NCBI GenBank assembly: GCA_039698055.1
Contig: JBDKTL010000021.1
Location: forward strand, 1 to 64,000
From: Methanoregula sp.
GTDB lineage: Archaea > Halobacteriota > Methanomicrobia > Methanomicrobiales > Methanospirillaceae
Direction: 5' to 3'
Length of the DNA stretch: 64,000 nucleotides
Part shown: positions 29,385 through 39,718 of the stretch, in pieces
Numbering within the stretch: the first letter of the stretch is position 1
Layout of the letters: each line of letters begins with the position of its first letter
Notes under the pieces: model-generated
What the model was told of the DNA's origin: nothing
The model's database searches: none
What the model saw: the letters and a program-made list of their open reading frames with translations, nothing else
Translations under genes and position numbers: made by a program

Positions 29385-32306
29385 ATGACCGAACAACGAC
29401 CGGGAAGAAAGGCATTATTTACCGGGGCTGGAAATCCCGTAAAAGACGCTACGGGTGAAATTGTAATGCATGTCAGACAATTAAATGACGAGATTGCCGG
29501 TATATTACAGGCAGCAGTCCAGGGAAAAACCGTCGCACCGCTCGAACCGGCCCGGTTCGGGGAAGAGTACAGGGAACTGGTAGCCGCGGTCAATGTCGCG
29601 CTGCCCCGGCTCGCAGCGGACCGCAAAATCCCCCAACCCGCTGTTGTGCCACCGGTTTCCGCCACACCTGCCCCGGCATCCCCGGTCAGTGGAGAAGACC
29701 AGCAGACGATCAATGATCTCCGACGCCGGCTCGATATGATGGTCAAAAATAACCCGGTGCCTATGCTCGTGACCACCCCGGACTTTTTTGTCGTGGAAGC
29801 AAACACTGCATATATCCAGATGAGCGGTATCCGGGAAAGCGATCTTCTCAAAACAAGTATAAGGAATTTTGCGGTAACCGGGCAAACAGGTGAAGGCGCA
29901 AAAGTCGCACTGCAGGAAAAACGACGGGCCTTTGGTGAAGTCACGGTTGAACTCCCCTCGGGAGTCCACACGCTCGAACAGTACTGCATTCCCATATCTG
30001 ACAGCGACGGGACGTTAACATCGCTGCTCTTTGTGTATAACGATATCACTGCACAGGCGCAGAAGAACCGGGAAATTGTCCGGCTGAAATCCCGCGCGGA
30101 TACGGTTGTCCAGCAGAACCCGATGCCCATCATCATTGTCGATCCATCCTTTACCATACGGGTGGTAAACGATACCTACGTACAGATGAGCGGCATCGAT
30201 AAGGCACAACTGATGCGCATGTCGCTTAAGGAGTTCCGGGTCATTGAACAGACCGGGGCAGGATTAAAACAGGTCATACAGGATAAGAAACGCTCCTATG
30301 GCGAAGTGGTTGTTGAGTTCCCAAAAAGCACGCGCCGGCTCCAGCAGTACGGTATTCCCATTCTTGACAACAACGGCAATGTGGAAAGCATTCTTATTGT
30401 CTATAACGATGTCACAGAAGAGCGCAAAAAGATGGACGAAATTGTCGCGCTCCACCAGATGGCAGATACAATCGTCCAGGAGAACCCGATCCCCATCCTG
30501 ATGACGACGCCGAAATTCATCATTGAACAGGCAAATACCGCGTATGTGCGGATGAGCGGGTTTGAGCGCGACCGGATCGCGGGTATGAGCCTGCACGACG
30601 TGAAGATCCTCGCACAGTCAGGTGAGGGGGCAAAGGTTGCCATAACAAGCCGGAGACGGGCATTTGGCGAGGTCACGGTTGAACTCCCCAGCGGTACCCA
30701 CATTCTCGAACAGTACGTGATGCCGATACAGAACGCAAAAAATGAGATCGAGCACCTTCTTTTCGTATACAACGAAGTGACCGCCCAGCGCAAAAGCCAG
30801 CAGGATCTTGAAAGGAAGATGGACGAGGTGGCGACTCTCAAACAGCGCGCCGATATCATCGTGATGCAGAACCCGATGCCCATCATGCTGATGGATACCT
30901 CGTTTAAGATTATTCTTGCAAATGCCGCATACCTCTCGCTGGCGGGTTTTGACAAAGACCGGATTATCGGCATGAATGCAAAGGATTTCCGGATCCTTGA
31001 ACAGACCGGGGATGGATTAAAAAAGGTGCTTATCGAGCGGAAGCGGAGTTTTGGCGAGATCCGTGTCGAATTCCCTACCGGTGTTCACCTGCTGGAACAA
31101 TACGGCATCCCCATTGTCGATGCAAAAGACAACCTCTCCAGTATCCTGTGCGTGTACAACGATATTACCGCCCGGCGTGAACAGGAGCAGAAGATCCAGA
31201 CGATGATGGACGATGCCAAGGCTAATGCCGATCTCCTCTCTGCAAGTGCTGCTGAGCTTCAGGAAGCCCTTGCAAAGATTGCCGGTGGCGACCTGACGTT
31301 CAGGGTCAGCATTGATGAAGCCGATCCGCTGGTCAAACTTAAAGTGGATTACAATTCTTCTGTTGAATCGATCCGGGCGCTGATAGCCGAACTGCTGGCA
31401 TCGTTTATCAGACTTGATGTCACGATCCGGGACACGATCACCAGCACCGAAGAGATTGCCAAGGCAACCGAACAGGTTGCCATCTCAAGCCAGAAAGCAA
31501 CCGATAATGCAAAGTCGCAGCTGGGAAGCGTTGAAAAGATTTCAAACGAGATTTCCGAGATCTCTGCGTCCATTGAAGAGATCGCAAGCACGACGCATGA
31601 CGTGATGACGCATGCAAATACCGCGGCAAAAGAGGGTGGCGATGCAGCAGAGATCGGGAAAGTAGCAACGACAAAGATGCAGGCCGTGGAAAAGATCTCC
31701 GGCCAGAGCGTTAACGAGATCACGGCATTAAACGAACAGATGCACGAGATCTCAAAAATCGTCAACCTCATCACCGATATCGCCAACCAGACCAACCTCC
31801 TTGCCTTAAACGCGGCAATCGAAGCAGCCCGGGCAGGCGAACACGGGCGTGGATTTGCGGTTGTTGCCGGGGAGGTCAAGAACCTTGCCGGTGAATCGAA
31901 GAGGGCAAGCAACCAGATTGAGACGCTGATCAAATCAATCCAGGCAAAGAGCGAATTCACCGTGATTTCGATGAAGTCCTCGTTTACCGAGATAAAGGCC
32001 GGCATTGAGAGCGTAAACAGGACCGTGGAGTCGCTCAACCGGATTATATCGGAAGCAAACGTTGTGTCGCTGGGGGTTACCGAGATCACAAAAGCTTCCG
32101 AGGATCAGGCACAGGCAACTACCCACCTGATGTCCGGTATGGAGTCAGTCACATCCTTAACGCATGACAACCAACAGCGGATGGAGGATATGGCGGCACT
32201 TGCACAAGAGACGAGCGCGTCAACCGAAGAGATCGCAAGCGCAGCACAGGAACTTTCCAAGATGGCCGAGCACAGCCGCAAGATGCTGGAAGATTTCCAT
32301 ATCTAA
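29385..32306 (+). CDS. Soluble chemoreceptor with four PAS domains
   Basis: Four NPxP...VYND PAS units plus the MCP hairpin [27 protein letters not shown]. No TM. Confidence 0.93.
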   Translation: MTEQRPGRKALFTGAGNPVKDATGEIVMHVRQLNDEIAGILQAAVQGKTVAPLEPARFGEEYRELVAAVNVALPRLAADRKIPQPAVVPPVSATPAPASPVSGEDQQTINDLRRRLDMMVKNNPVPMLVTTPDFFVVEANTAYIQMSGIRESDLLKTSIRNFAVTGQTGEGAKVALQEKRRAFGEVTVELPSGVHTLEQYCIPISDSDGTLTSLLFVYNDITAQAQKNREIVRLKSRADTVVQQNPMPIIIVDPSFTIRVVNDTYVQMSGIDKAQLMRMSLKEFRVIEQTGAGLKQVIQDKKRSYGEVVVEFPKSTRRLQQYGIPILDNNGNVESILIVYNDVTEERKKMDEIVALHQMADTIVQENPIPILMTTPKFIIEQANTAYVRMSGFERDRIAGMSLHDVKILAQSGEGAKVAITSRRRAFGEVTVELPSGTHILEQYVMPIQNAKNEIEHLLFVYNEVTAQRKSQQDLERKMDEVATLKQRADIIVMQNPMPIMLMDTSFKIILANAAYLSLAGFDKDRIIGMNAKDFRILEQTGDGLKKVLIERKRSFGEIRVEFPTGVHLLEQYGIPIVDAKDNLSSILCVYNDITARREQEQKIQTMMDDAKANADLLSASAAELQEALAKIAGGDLTFRVSIDEADPLVKLKVDYNSSVESIRALIAELLASFIRLDVTIRDTITSTEEIAKATEQVAISSQKATDNAKSQLGSVEKISNEISEISASIEEIASTTHDVMTHANTAAKEGGDAAEIGKVATTKMQAVEKISGQSVNEITALNEQMHEISKIVNLITDIANQTNLLALNAAIEAARAGEHGRGFAVVAGEVKNLAGESKRASNQIETLIKSIQAKSEFTVISMKSSFTEIKAGIESVNRTVESLNRIISEANVVSLGVTEITKASEDQAQATTHLMSGMESVTSLTHDNQQRMEDMAALAQETSASTEEIASAAQELSKMAEHSRKMLEDFHI

Positions 32307-32401
32307 CGTGATATGCAGGGGATGTGCGGCTTGTCCCTTCGCGTGGATGAATAAATCATCCAATAACAATTTTGCCGGCCCCCAACTGGAGTTTCCCTGA
32401 A

Positions 32402-33196
32402 ATGGATGAATTTTCTATCCTGAAACGATATATCGAGCAGACCCTGAAAATACAGTGCTCCAATTACAAGGAGGATTATATCAAGAGGCGCCTGCTCTCC
32501 CGTATGCGTTCAACGAATACGACAACCTATGACGAATACCTGCGGTACGTGAAGACACATGAAAAAGAACTTGAACTTCTCAGGAACGCGCTGACGATCA
32601 ACGTGACCGAGTTTTTCCGGGACATTGAAGTATATGAGATTTTAAAAAAGGAAGTGCTGCCGGACCTGTTCAGCAAAAGAAAGAAAATCCGGATCTGGTG
32701 CGCCGGGTGTTCGACCGGAGAAGAACCGTATTCCCTTGCGATGATCCTTTCGGATATGATGGCTACGAACAAGGAGTTGTCTGCCCAGATCTATGCAACC
32801 GATATCGATGAGGTGGTACTCGGGAAGGCAAAAGAGGGGATCTATCCATTAAAAGCGATGGCAAAACTCAGCGAGTCGCAGATCCACCGGCATTTCATTC
32901 TCCTGCCGGACGGCAATTACCAGATCAAACCCCACTTGAAAGAATTGATCCGGTTCCGGCCCCATGATCTCATGAGCGGCGTTCCGGTAGCCCGGTTTCT
33001 TGACCTGCTCACCTGCCGGAACGTGACAATTTATTTCACCGAACATCAGAAGGACGAACTCGCCCGCATGTTCCATTCCGCCCTTGGTGCCGATGGGTAT
33101 TACGTGATGGGGAAAACCGAGTACCTGGGGAGATTAGTGGAAGGTCTGTTTACGCCGTATAATTCACTCCAGAAGATCTACACCCGCAAAGGATAA
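32402..33196 (+). CDS. cheR: Chemotaxis methyltransferase CheR
   Basis: LTINVTEFFRD, IWCAGCSTGEEPYSLAM, ATDID, CRNVTIYF. Confidence 0.96.
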   Translation: MDEFSILKRYIEQTLKIQCSNYKEDYIKRRLLSRMRSTNTTTYDEYLRYVKTHEKELELLRNALTINVTEFFRDIEVYEILKKEVLPDLFSKRKKIRIWCAGCSTGEEPYSLAMILSDMMATNKELSAQIYATDIDEVVLGKAKEGIYPLKAMAKLSESQIHRHFILLPDGNYQIKPHLKELIRFRPHDLMSGVPVARFLDLLTCRNVTIYFTEHQKDELARMFHSALGADGYYVMGKTEYLGRLVEGLFTPYNSLQKIYTRKG

Positions 33197-33197
33197 A

Positions 33198-33229
33198 CCA
33201 AAAGCCGGGGGTGAGCACCCCGGCTTTGG
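33198..33229. terminator. Stem-loop immediately after cheR, between convergent genes
   Basis: CCAAAAGCCGGGG-gtgagca-CCCCGGCTTTGG. Confidence 0.55.
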
Positions 33230-33448
33230 GACTTCCGGGCTCCCGGTGGGGGGAGGGGGAGTCCATAATGGGGAAGCGGTTTGGGGAAACGGAATGGTTC
33301 CTCCATTATTGTGGAACTCCTCAACCTCAAAAAAAAGATTCACCATTGATTGCGTATTATTTAAAAAAAATGATTTGCGTGAAAAAATTCCCTTGTTTTG
33401 GGTTAATAAATTCAGTATTTCCCGAACAGGCCATTGGGTTACGCATGG

Positions 33449-33709
33449 TTAATTGTGTTTCTTGCGATCATCTACAGCAACAGATTTGCCACTGATATTT
33501 TTTGTGAGTTCCCTTTGCAGCGCTTTGCGCGATGCATGTTTTTTTATTTCGTTATAGACCGTGACAAAATTAACACCGATGACGACAATGACCAGCATCA
33601 GGCTCACCCAGAGCATCGCACCCTGAGCTGAGAGAAATGCGGCCCAGAGAAGGACAACAAATGAGATCAGGTAAAAAACAATCCAGGTCCGGAGTCCGGG
33701 TAATTCCAT
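33449..33709 (-). CDS. Small two-TM membrane protein
   Basis: MELPGLRTWIVFYLISFVVLLW..MLWVSLMLVIVVIGVNF plus a basic tail. The upstream part of the ORF looks non-coding. Confidence 0.65.
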   Translation of the reverse strand: MELPGLRTWIVFYLISFVVLLWAAFLSAQGAMLWVSLMLVIVVIGVNFVTVYNEIKKHASRKALQRELTKNISGKSVAVDDRKKHN

Positions 33710-34163
33710 ATCCTTCATTATTAGTGATGCGAATAAAAAAGGTGTTCGGGTGGATTCATTTAAAAAGAGGGGGCACTCCAAAGGTCCCTGATAATCTCCT
33801 GACGACCGCACGAACAGGGGTAGAAAAGGAGAAAACTGTGGGGAGAAAAACAAGATTTTTCTTCTTTTAAGCGAAGGGATGGAGAGGATTCCCCACGAGG
33901 ATAAAATACGAGGTCGATGGTAACGGCGCTGATAATGAGAATTCCACATCCCCGGTCCGGCTGCTGGTGACAGCAGTCTGGAATTATTGCTGGTGAAACG
34001 CATTCCAGAATTGATAACCCGGTCAAAAATTGTGGTAAAATCTTGAACTTACCGGCAACCGGAAAAAATATCTACCCTACTCCTGCTGTTATTTACCACA
34101 TGCCATCGCAGATGCCGGGCAAAAACGCCACGATTTTTATACGCTCCAGAACCAGTAGTATGT

Positions 34164-34817
34164 GTGGAAAAAGGAGATATCTACACGCTCATTGGCGGAT
34201 TTCTTATCGTCATAATTATTGCGATTGTTGCAAGACCCGGAGGTTTTTCATCACTCCTGCCGTCACCTATACCTGTAGCACCTGTGGTAAATCCAGCAAC
34301 ACAACCTGTCTTGACCACACCCTTCCCGGTCACTGCGCCAGATACAACGCAGGTTATCAGTACACCATTAATACGACCTGATGACCCGCCCTACCGTATT
34401 TTTTATACGAGCACCCCGTTTGCCTATCCGGTTGTCCTGCTGCCGGACAATATGGAATCCTTTGGTGCATCGGATATCCCGTGGAGAGGCGAGAAACTGG
34501 TAACGTTTGCATTCATCGAAGAGTCCCGGGGGGGATTGACCCAGAAATTTTCTGTTCCCTACAGTACCTGGATGATGAATATCACGGTTGTTGCCGACAA
34601 GCAGCCCCAGTATGGCCGGTTCCGGATGGTACTCTGCGACGCAAAGACCGGCGCTATCTTTGAAGGCGCGGAGATCCTCAATTACGGAACGATGTATAAG
34701 AAGATCCGGGTTTCTGACACAGAGATATACCTAATAATTAGTACAGCATCGATTGACAAGTTCCGGATTGAATTCGAAACGCCCCGGACCATCTATGATG
34801 CAGAACGCCTGAAATAG
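34164..34817 (+). CDS. Membrane-anchored hypothetical protein with Pro/Thr-rich linker
   Basis: N-terminal TM, PT-rich stalk, beta-rich domain. Confidence 0.75.
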   Translation: MEKGDIYTLIGGFLIVIIIAIVARPGGFSSLLPSPIPVAPVVNPATQPVLTTPFPVTAPDTTQVISTPLIRPDDPPYRIFYTSTPFAYPVVLLPDNMESFGASDIPWRGEKLVTFAFIEESRGGLTQKFSVPYSTWMMNITVVADKQPQYGRFRMVLCDAKTGAIFEGAEILNYGTMYKKIRVSDTEIYLIISTASIDKFRIEFETPRTIYDAERLK

Positions 34818-34887
34818 TACAATCGGGGAATAAAAAATACTGCGATGAAACCAGATCAAAACGATTCCTGACCCGGAACAATCTGTA

Positions 34888-35076
34888 TTACAATTTTTCT
34901 ACAGTTACCCGCACACGATCGCCGGCTTTAAGACCGTGCCCTTTTGGGATATCGATATTAAACCAGAGAACATTTGGATTTTCCTGGGGTGGATCCTGCG
35001 ACATCAGACAATCTTTTGCGTCATTGATGTCGGCAACAAATTCTATCCCGGATTCAAATTCAAGAATTTTAGCCAT
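34888..35076 (-). CDS. Small hypothetical protein (MAKILEFESG..LKAGDRVRVTVEKL)
   Basis: Protein-like beta-barrel C-terminus. Start revised to avoid overlap with the next gene. Confidence 0.65.
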   Translation of the reverse strand: MAKILEFESGIEFVADINDAKDCLMSQDPPQENPNVLWFNIDIPKGHGLKAGDRVRVTVEKL

Positions 35077-35104
35077 AATTAAAGGAAGCGTGGATGATAA
35101 AAGA

Positions 35105-35356
35105 TTATATGGCCCGGCTTGTGACCATCCACGTTGTGCTGTTCGAATAACTCCACCTGATGATATCAAGATCCTTGCAGATCTCCGCAAGAATTGCCAT
35201 GTTGGTTCCCACTTCCTTAGGGGATAACCCGAGATCCTTTGCAATATACTTTGACTTAAAGTAGTGTTTGCCGGTGGTTATCCCGGAATGGAGGTAATGA
35301 ACAATCTTGTGCTGGGTTTCGTTGTACTTTTCCCGAATTCTTTTTGTTGTTGACAT
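35105..35356 (-). CDS. Small archaeal winged-HTH protein
   Basis: YFKSKYIAKDLGLSPKEVG..W.YSNSTTW. GAGGA RBS. Confidence 0.8.
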   Translation of the reverse strand: MSTTKRIREKYNETQHKIVHYLHSGITTGKHYFKSKYIAKDLGLSPKEVGTNMAILAEICKDLDIIRWSYSNSTTWMVTSRAI

Positions 35357-35581
35357 ATCTTTCCTCAGCATTAAAAACTCATATAGATCAACTTATATTT
35401 AAACATATCCAATTCCCCTGTCAAAATTACGGGCATTTTTTTTACTGCAACAGCCAGAATTTGACCAGAAGATATTTAATGCGGACATATTTCGAGGTAT
35501 TTTTTTCCGGTCGATTTCTGAACTTTTTACAGGTTTTGAAGGAAGATTCAGAGGTTTTATTAAAAACCAGGCAACAGGTTC

Positions 35582-37423
35582 TTATTTCTGGATCTGTGCT
35601 TCTGCGATCTTTTTGATCAGTGCTTCAAGTACGACATCGCGCATGCCTTCCACGAATTTGATGCTGCCGACAACAAGGTGCCCTCCACCGGATATACCGC
35701 CGCCGGGAAGTTCGTTGTGCAGGTCCCTGACCATTCGCGGTATGTTCATGAGGACACCCCGTGACCGCAGGACAGCAAAATCCGGACCAAAGCCGATCGT
35801 GACAACTGGTTCTCCCGCATGCTGTTTGCAGAGCCGGTCATGCACTTCTCCTGAGGTTTTTCCGGGTGGCGGGAACGTGAACTTATGGGCATGAATCTCT
35901 ACATCCAACAGGAACAGGTGGGCGCCGTTTTCCAGCTTTCGGGGAACAACATGGGGCATGCTTGCACTCATCTGGTCCTCGATCATTGTATTTGCACCCT
36001 CGACAAGAAGGTTCACGAGTTTTTTGTGGCGTTCGGTATTTCCCAGCAGGTTCAAGATATCCTTGACAATTTCCCTGCCGTCATTGAACCGGAGCCAGAA
36101 CTGTTCATAATCCAGTGCAAGCGCGATGTCCTTGCAGGCATCCTCGGAATACTGGTCCTGTACCAGTGCAAGATAGAGTGCACGTTCGGGCGCCTCGCTG
36201 CGATCACCGACAGCGGCAATAGCCGGCAGGTGCTTGATTAACTGTTCGACATGGGGGTTGATCAGCCGGGCAACTTCCGTGCCGAGCATCCCAGCCGTGA
36301 TGCCAAAGTCCCCACCCACGTGGTATGGGTTTACATGGCCGATCAGGTACTTGTCGATCGTTGCATCCGGGTGGTGGTGATCGATCACAAGGAACGGGAG
36401 ATCATAGACGCTTGCGATCTTGTATGCCGCTTCGTCCTCTTCAGTTGACCCGTTGTCGGTGAGAATGACAAGCGGCATCTTCTGGCCATATCGTGCATGG
36501 TCCTTGAGCGAAAAGTCAAGGTCCCGGGTGATATCCTCAATCTCGTAGAACGGCGCCTTTGAAGGGGCACGTTTAAAGAGGAAATAATCTGCATCGTAAT
36601 CGCCCCCGCTCTCCTTGATGAGCGAAACCACAGCCTGCTCGATAGCGACCGCGGAACAGATACCGTCGGCGTCCGCATGGTGGCGGAGGATAATGGGCTG
36701 GGCGGTAAAGACCGCCTTTCTGATGATCTTTGCGACTTTGCGCATCTCCGGCATCAGGAGGTCCATGACTTCGCTTTTCACCAGCGGCTGGATATTCTCC
36801 GGCTCGGCACGGGCCTCAAGTGCCTTTTCAATCCGGTTCCGGACGGTTGCCTCCTCGTCCCCGGACAAGGCAGAGAGTGCATCAGCCTCAATCTGGAGTT
36901 GGTTGTTGCGGAGCATCACCTCGCCAATGACCCGGACGATGCTATTGAGTTCTACTTCCGGAAATGCCCGGACACCGGCTTCCACGAATGCGGCGACATT
37001 CTGGGAACCCGTCTCGTCAACGATGGTAAAGATGGTAGGTCCGCTGGTCTGCTTGATCTGGGCAACTTCACCCTCAATGGCGACGGTCTTTCCGACTTTC
37101 CCGGAAAGATCGCCGATCCGTGCCGTGCTTGACGTGCGCTCCACGTTCTGCACCTGGTAGACCTGGATCTGAAGTTCCTCTAAGTCGATATTCCCGTTCG
37201 GCCGGATCTGGCGGACACGGACAAGAACATTGTCTTTTTCCTTGTGTTCGGACTTCATGTTGCTTTTATGGACAAGCCCCTTGATCCGGTCATTTAACTG
37301 GACAAACATGCCAAAAGTTGCAAATCCCTGCACCTTCCCGGAGTATATGCTGCCCTCCTGTACGTCGGACAGGTCGCAGCCTGCGGCCAGCCGATAAACG
37401 ATTATATCAGTATCTTGTTCCAT
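35582..37423 (-). CDS. RecJ-like DHH phosphoesterase with S1 and OB-fold domains
   Basis: S1 domain (FGMFVQL..GLVHKS), QTSGPTIF, HHADADG, TDNG, IDHHH, GGGH. Confidence 0.92.
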   Translation of the reverse strand: MEQDTDIIVYRLAAGCDLSDVQEGSIYSGKVQGFATFGMFVQLNDRIKGLVHKSNMKSEHKEKDNVLVRVRQIRPNGNIDLEELQIQVYQVQNVERTSSTARIGDLSGKVGKTVAIEGEVAQIKQTSGPTIFTIVDETGSQNVAAFVEAGVRAFPEVELNSIVRVIGEVMLRNNQLQIEADALSALSGDEEATVRNRIEKALEARAEPENIQPLVKSEVMDLLMPEMRKVAKIIRKAVFTAQPIILRHHADADGICSAVAIEQAVVSLIKESGGDYDADYFLFKRAPSKAPFYEIEDITRDLDFSLKDHARYGQKMPLVILTDNGSTEEDEAAYKIASVYDLPFLVIDHHHPDATIDKYLIGHVNPYHVGGDFGITAGMLGTEVARLINPHVEQLIKHLPAIAAVGDRSEAPERALYLALVQDQYSEDACKDIALALDYEQFWLRFNDGREIVKDILNLLGNTERHKKLVNLLVEGANTMIEDQMSASMPHVVPRKLENGAHLFLLDVEIHAHKFTFPPPGKTSGEVHDRLCKQHAGEPVVTIGFGPDFAVLRSRGVLMNIPRMVRDLHNELPGGGISGGGHLVVGSIKFVEGMRDVVLEALIKKIAEAQIQK

Positions 37424-37717
37424 TTTTTTTCACGCTCTCAACACACAGCGAAGCGATATTGTCTGCACAAAACGGCATGGGGTTTTTTTTAAGTGCATAA
37501 CGAGACGAAGCTGAGTACACTGTACTTGTTGCCTTGAAGTTTTAATGTGTTGGCTTGAGGCGAAAATGGGGAAAGACCGGGGAGATTTCAGATGAGGTTT
37601 GATGTCCCTGAACGGTTAGTTACGATGAGTTCTCCCGCATCATCCTGACACATTCGCCGCCGATTAAATAAACTCAAATAAACTCGGTTCCAACATTAAC
37701 CTGCACGGTGATGTTTT

Positions 37718-38446
37718 ATCAGAATAAACTTCGGGGGTTTTGTCCCGCTTTCAACGGTTGACTGGCGCGGCAGATCGGTATGCACCGTTTTTTTTAGGGG
37801 TTGCCCGGTCCGGTGTGCATACTGCCAGAACTTCTCGATCCTCTCCGGAGAAGATCTGCGCGAAACCGCTGAGGTCGTTGAGATGATCAAAGGCTCGCTG
37901 CTTGCCATCAGCGGCGTTATTTTTTCTGGCGGCGAGCCCACGATGCAGAAGGAGGCGCTGCTCGAACTTGCACAGGCTGCAAAAAAACTGGGCCTTGCAA
38001 CCGGTGTCCAGACAAACGGCGTATTCCCGGACACCCTGGACGCACTCATAAAAGCACAGGCAATAGACCGGGTAGCTCTCGATATCAAGGCGCGCTGGGC
38101 GCGGTATAATAACCTTCTCGGGGGAAATTATGTAACACGGGTTCAGCGGTCGCTCGATCTCTGCCGGGAAGCGCATGCAAGCGGAGCCCTCAATGAATTT
38201 CAGGTCGTCATCACCCTGTTCCGGGGTTATGATGACGAAGTGCCCCTGATCGCAGAGGAAGCCGGCGATGTCGATCTTGTCCTGCAGCAGGGCGTAACCG
38301 GGAGTGTCCCGCCGCTGACAGAACAAGAGATGAAAGAAATTGCGGACGAGCTCTCCCGCAGCGTGCTCATCCGTACCCGTGAGGGAGGTGAAATTGTCTA
38401 TGAAAGTGATCGGAGTCGTCGGACTTCCCGCAAGCGGGAAGGGTGA
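37718..38446 (+). CDS. Radical SAM anaerobic ribonucleotide-reductase activating-type protein (probable non-AUG start)
   Basis: The frame extends upstream of the track's ATG (37883): IRINFGGFVPLSTVDWRGRSVCTVFFRGCPVRCAYCQN (CxxxCxxC), then SGGEPT and QTNG. Confidence 0.88.
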   Translation: MRINFGGFVPLSTVDWRGRSVCTVFFRGCPVRCAYCQNFSILSGEDLRETAEVVEMIKGSLLAISGVIFSGGEPTMQKEALLELAQAAKKLGLATGVQTNGVFPDTLDALIKAQAIDRVALDIKARWARYNNLLGGNYVTRVQRSLDLCREAHASGALNEFQVVITLFRGYDDEVPLIAEEAGDVDLVLQQGVTGSVPPLTEQEMKEIADELSRSVLIRTREGGEIVYESDRSRRTSRKREG

Positions 38447-38948
38447 ATTTTCAAATATTGCAGCTGCCATGGGCATCCCGGTCATTGTCATGGGCGACGT
38501 GATCCGCGAAGCAGTGCGGCAGGCAGGTCTCCTGCCAACGGATGCAAATATGGGCATGACCGCAAACCGGCTCCGTGCCGAAGGTGGCATGGCAGCGATT
38601 GCCCGGCTCTGCATCCCGGTCATCGAACGCCAGCAGGCACCGCTTGTCCTTGTCGATGGCATCCGTGGCGATGCGGAAGTGCAGGTATTCCGGGAGCATT
38701 TTTCGGATTTTGTACTGGTCGGGATTTCATCCGATTTTGAAAACCGGCTGAACCGGCTGGGCACCCGGGGACGTTCTGATGACAAGGGGTCACCGGAAGC
38801 CCTGCGGTGCCGTGACGAGCGGGAGCTTGGCTGGGGACTTGGCAATGCCCTGAAGATCGCGGATATCTCTATCGCGAATAATGGTAATCTCGCGGACTAT
38901 GCCTCCCGGGTTCGGGCACTCATCGATGAGTTGAGGCTGAAAAAATGA
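38400..38948 (+). CDS. UPF0200 / dephospho-CoA kinase-like P-loop kinase
   Basis: MKVIGVVGLPASGKG, MGDVIR, VDGIR, RGRSDD, RDERELGWG. Confidence 0.88.
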   Translation: MKVIGVVGLPASGKGEFSNIAAAMGIPVIVMGDVIREAVRQAGLLPTDANMGMTANRLRAEGGMAAIARLCIPVIERQQAPLVLVDGIRGDAEVQVFREHFSDFVLVGISSDFENRLNRLGTRGRSDDKGSPEALRCRDERELGWGLGNALKIADISIANNGNLADYASRVRALIDELRLKK

Positions 38949-39718
38949 CCCTGCTCCCGTACTTCTCGTCCTCGGCAAAAGTGTGGGATGATATCCAGTG
39001 GGTCTACAGCATCGAAGAGGCCGGGTATACGGGATGGGAGATTGTCGCAGATGGCAATTACCGGCTCGATAATCCTGCCCAGTACAGAGCAATCGAGGAA
39101 GTGATTGCGAGCACGCATCTTGGCGTTTCCGTGCATGCACCTTATGGCGACCTGAACCTTGCGACACCAAACGACCCGATCTGGCAGGAATCTGTCCGGC
39201 AGATCTGTGCTTGCATCGTGCAGGCTTCAAATCTTACCGACCGGGTGACAATCCACCCGGGATACCTTTCTCCTGCCGGCAAACTGATGCCACAGAAAGC
39301 CTGGGATCTCCAGAAAGAGGCGCTGCGCCGGATCGGGAAATGTGCCGTGGAGCACTCGGTTCTTGCCTGCCTTGAAAATATGATCAGCGTTAAGGAATTC
39401 CTCTGCCGGGATTTTGGCGAGTTATCGGGTATGGTTGGCGGTATTGAGGGTATTGGCATGACGTTTGATTTCGGGCATGCACATACGGTCGGCAAAGTTT
39501 TGGAATTCCAGCAAAACTGTGCGCAGGCAAGCCATATCCATATCCACGACAACCATGGCATGTCGGATGAACATCTCGCGCTTGGTGACGGAACGATCGC
39601 ATGGAAGCCATTAGGAAAAGCCATTGCATCGAATTATTCCGGCGTTGTTGTTATCGAAGGGCGTTCAATTCCCGAAGCAAAAAAGAGTCTTACCGTATTC
39701 AGGACGTGTTTTGTATGA
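38945..39718 (+). CDS. Sugar-phosphate isomerase/AP-endonuclease-2 TIM barrel protein
   Basis: VHAPY, IHPG, LENM, FDFGHA, HIHDN..DEHL..GDG. Confidence 0.88.
   Translation: MTLLPYFSSSAKVWDDIQWVYSIEEAGYTGWEIVADGNYRLDNPAQYRAIEEVIASTHLGVSVHAPYGDLNLATPNDPIWQESVRQICACIVQASNLTDRVTIHPGYLSPAGKLMPQKAWDLQKEALRRIGKCAVEHSVLACLENMISVKEFLCRDFGELSGMVGGIEGIGMTFDFGHAHTVGKVLEFQQNCAQASHIHIHDNHGMSDEHLALGDGTIAWKPLGKAIASNYSGVVVIEGRSIPEAKKSLTVFRTCFV

Noticed and set aside
28598-30157. 519-aa minus-strand ORF and other long antisense ORFs (1263..2189, 24500..25531, 37751..38845, 48499..49398)
   Set aside because: They are shadows of well-supported genes on the opposite strand, with no recognisable motifs.
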